This document shows, piece by piece, positions 63,914-64,000 of a stretch of 64,000 bases of DNA. The stretch spans positions 480,001 to 544,000 of the forward strand of contig CAWGYD010000006.1 of NCBI GenBank assembly GCA_963826785.1, in the 5' to 3' direction. Positions within the stretch are counted from its first letter, which is position 1. The number at the start of each line of letters is the position of its first letter. A program made the position numbers and the translations under genes. The DNA comes from an uncultured delta proteobacterium. Its GTDB lineage: Bacteria; Desulfobacterota; Desulfobacteria; Desulfobacterales; Desulfosalsimonadaceae. The notes beneath the pieces were generated by a model. The model was not told where the DNA came from. It saw only the letters and a program-made list of their open reading frames with translations, and ran no database searches.

Positions 63914-64000
63914 CGATCGAATCCGGCGCATCGATGCCGATGCGCCGGACCCGGCGGTGATCCACGAGGCCGCGGAAATCATCCGGTCCGGCGGCATCGT
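63882..64000 (+). CDS. 5' part of a Sua5/TsaC-family L-threonylcarbamoyladenylate synthase (runs off the window)
   Basis: IRRIDADAPDPAVIHEAAEIIRSGGIV; start codon (TTG 63882) uncertain. Confidence 0.6.
   Translation, partial: MSRKPGNYPNNDRIRRIDADAPDPAVIHEAAEIIRSGGI

Overview
64 kb of core chromosome from a sulfate-reducing Desulfobacterota bacterium, probably Desulfobacterales-like (inferred from dsrT-dsrMKJOP, the low-MW assimilatory-type sulfite reductase and a PurD-PurE fusion). Main contents: a MoxR/VWA/TPR 'Bat' operon, dsrTMKJOP, rplU-rpmA-obgE-proBA-nadD-rsfS-gpmI, three tRNAs, mnmG, hpt, a large acidic zinc-ribbon/DUF3426 membrane protein, ddl and purDE. About 16 single-base indels split or fuse genes, including core genes (dsrK, dsrO, purD), so they are most likely long-read assembly errors. 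Features the ORF track misses: (1) an orphan PrdB/GrdB-family selenoprotein with an in-frame UGA in a U-x-x-C motif and a SECIS-like hairpin (7644-8495); (2) a ~200-bp nested palindromic MITE-like element plus a REP-like doublet lying in an open frame fused to the batC N-terminus, with a solo arm of the same element upstream of the sulfite reductase; (3) dispersed G/C-tract REP-like doublets; (4) an internally deleted membrane-protein remnant behind the selenoprotein; (5) a long, apparently structured hpt leader. No CRISPR array, integrase, transposase or prophage was seen. All family assignments come from motif recognition by eye, not database searches.
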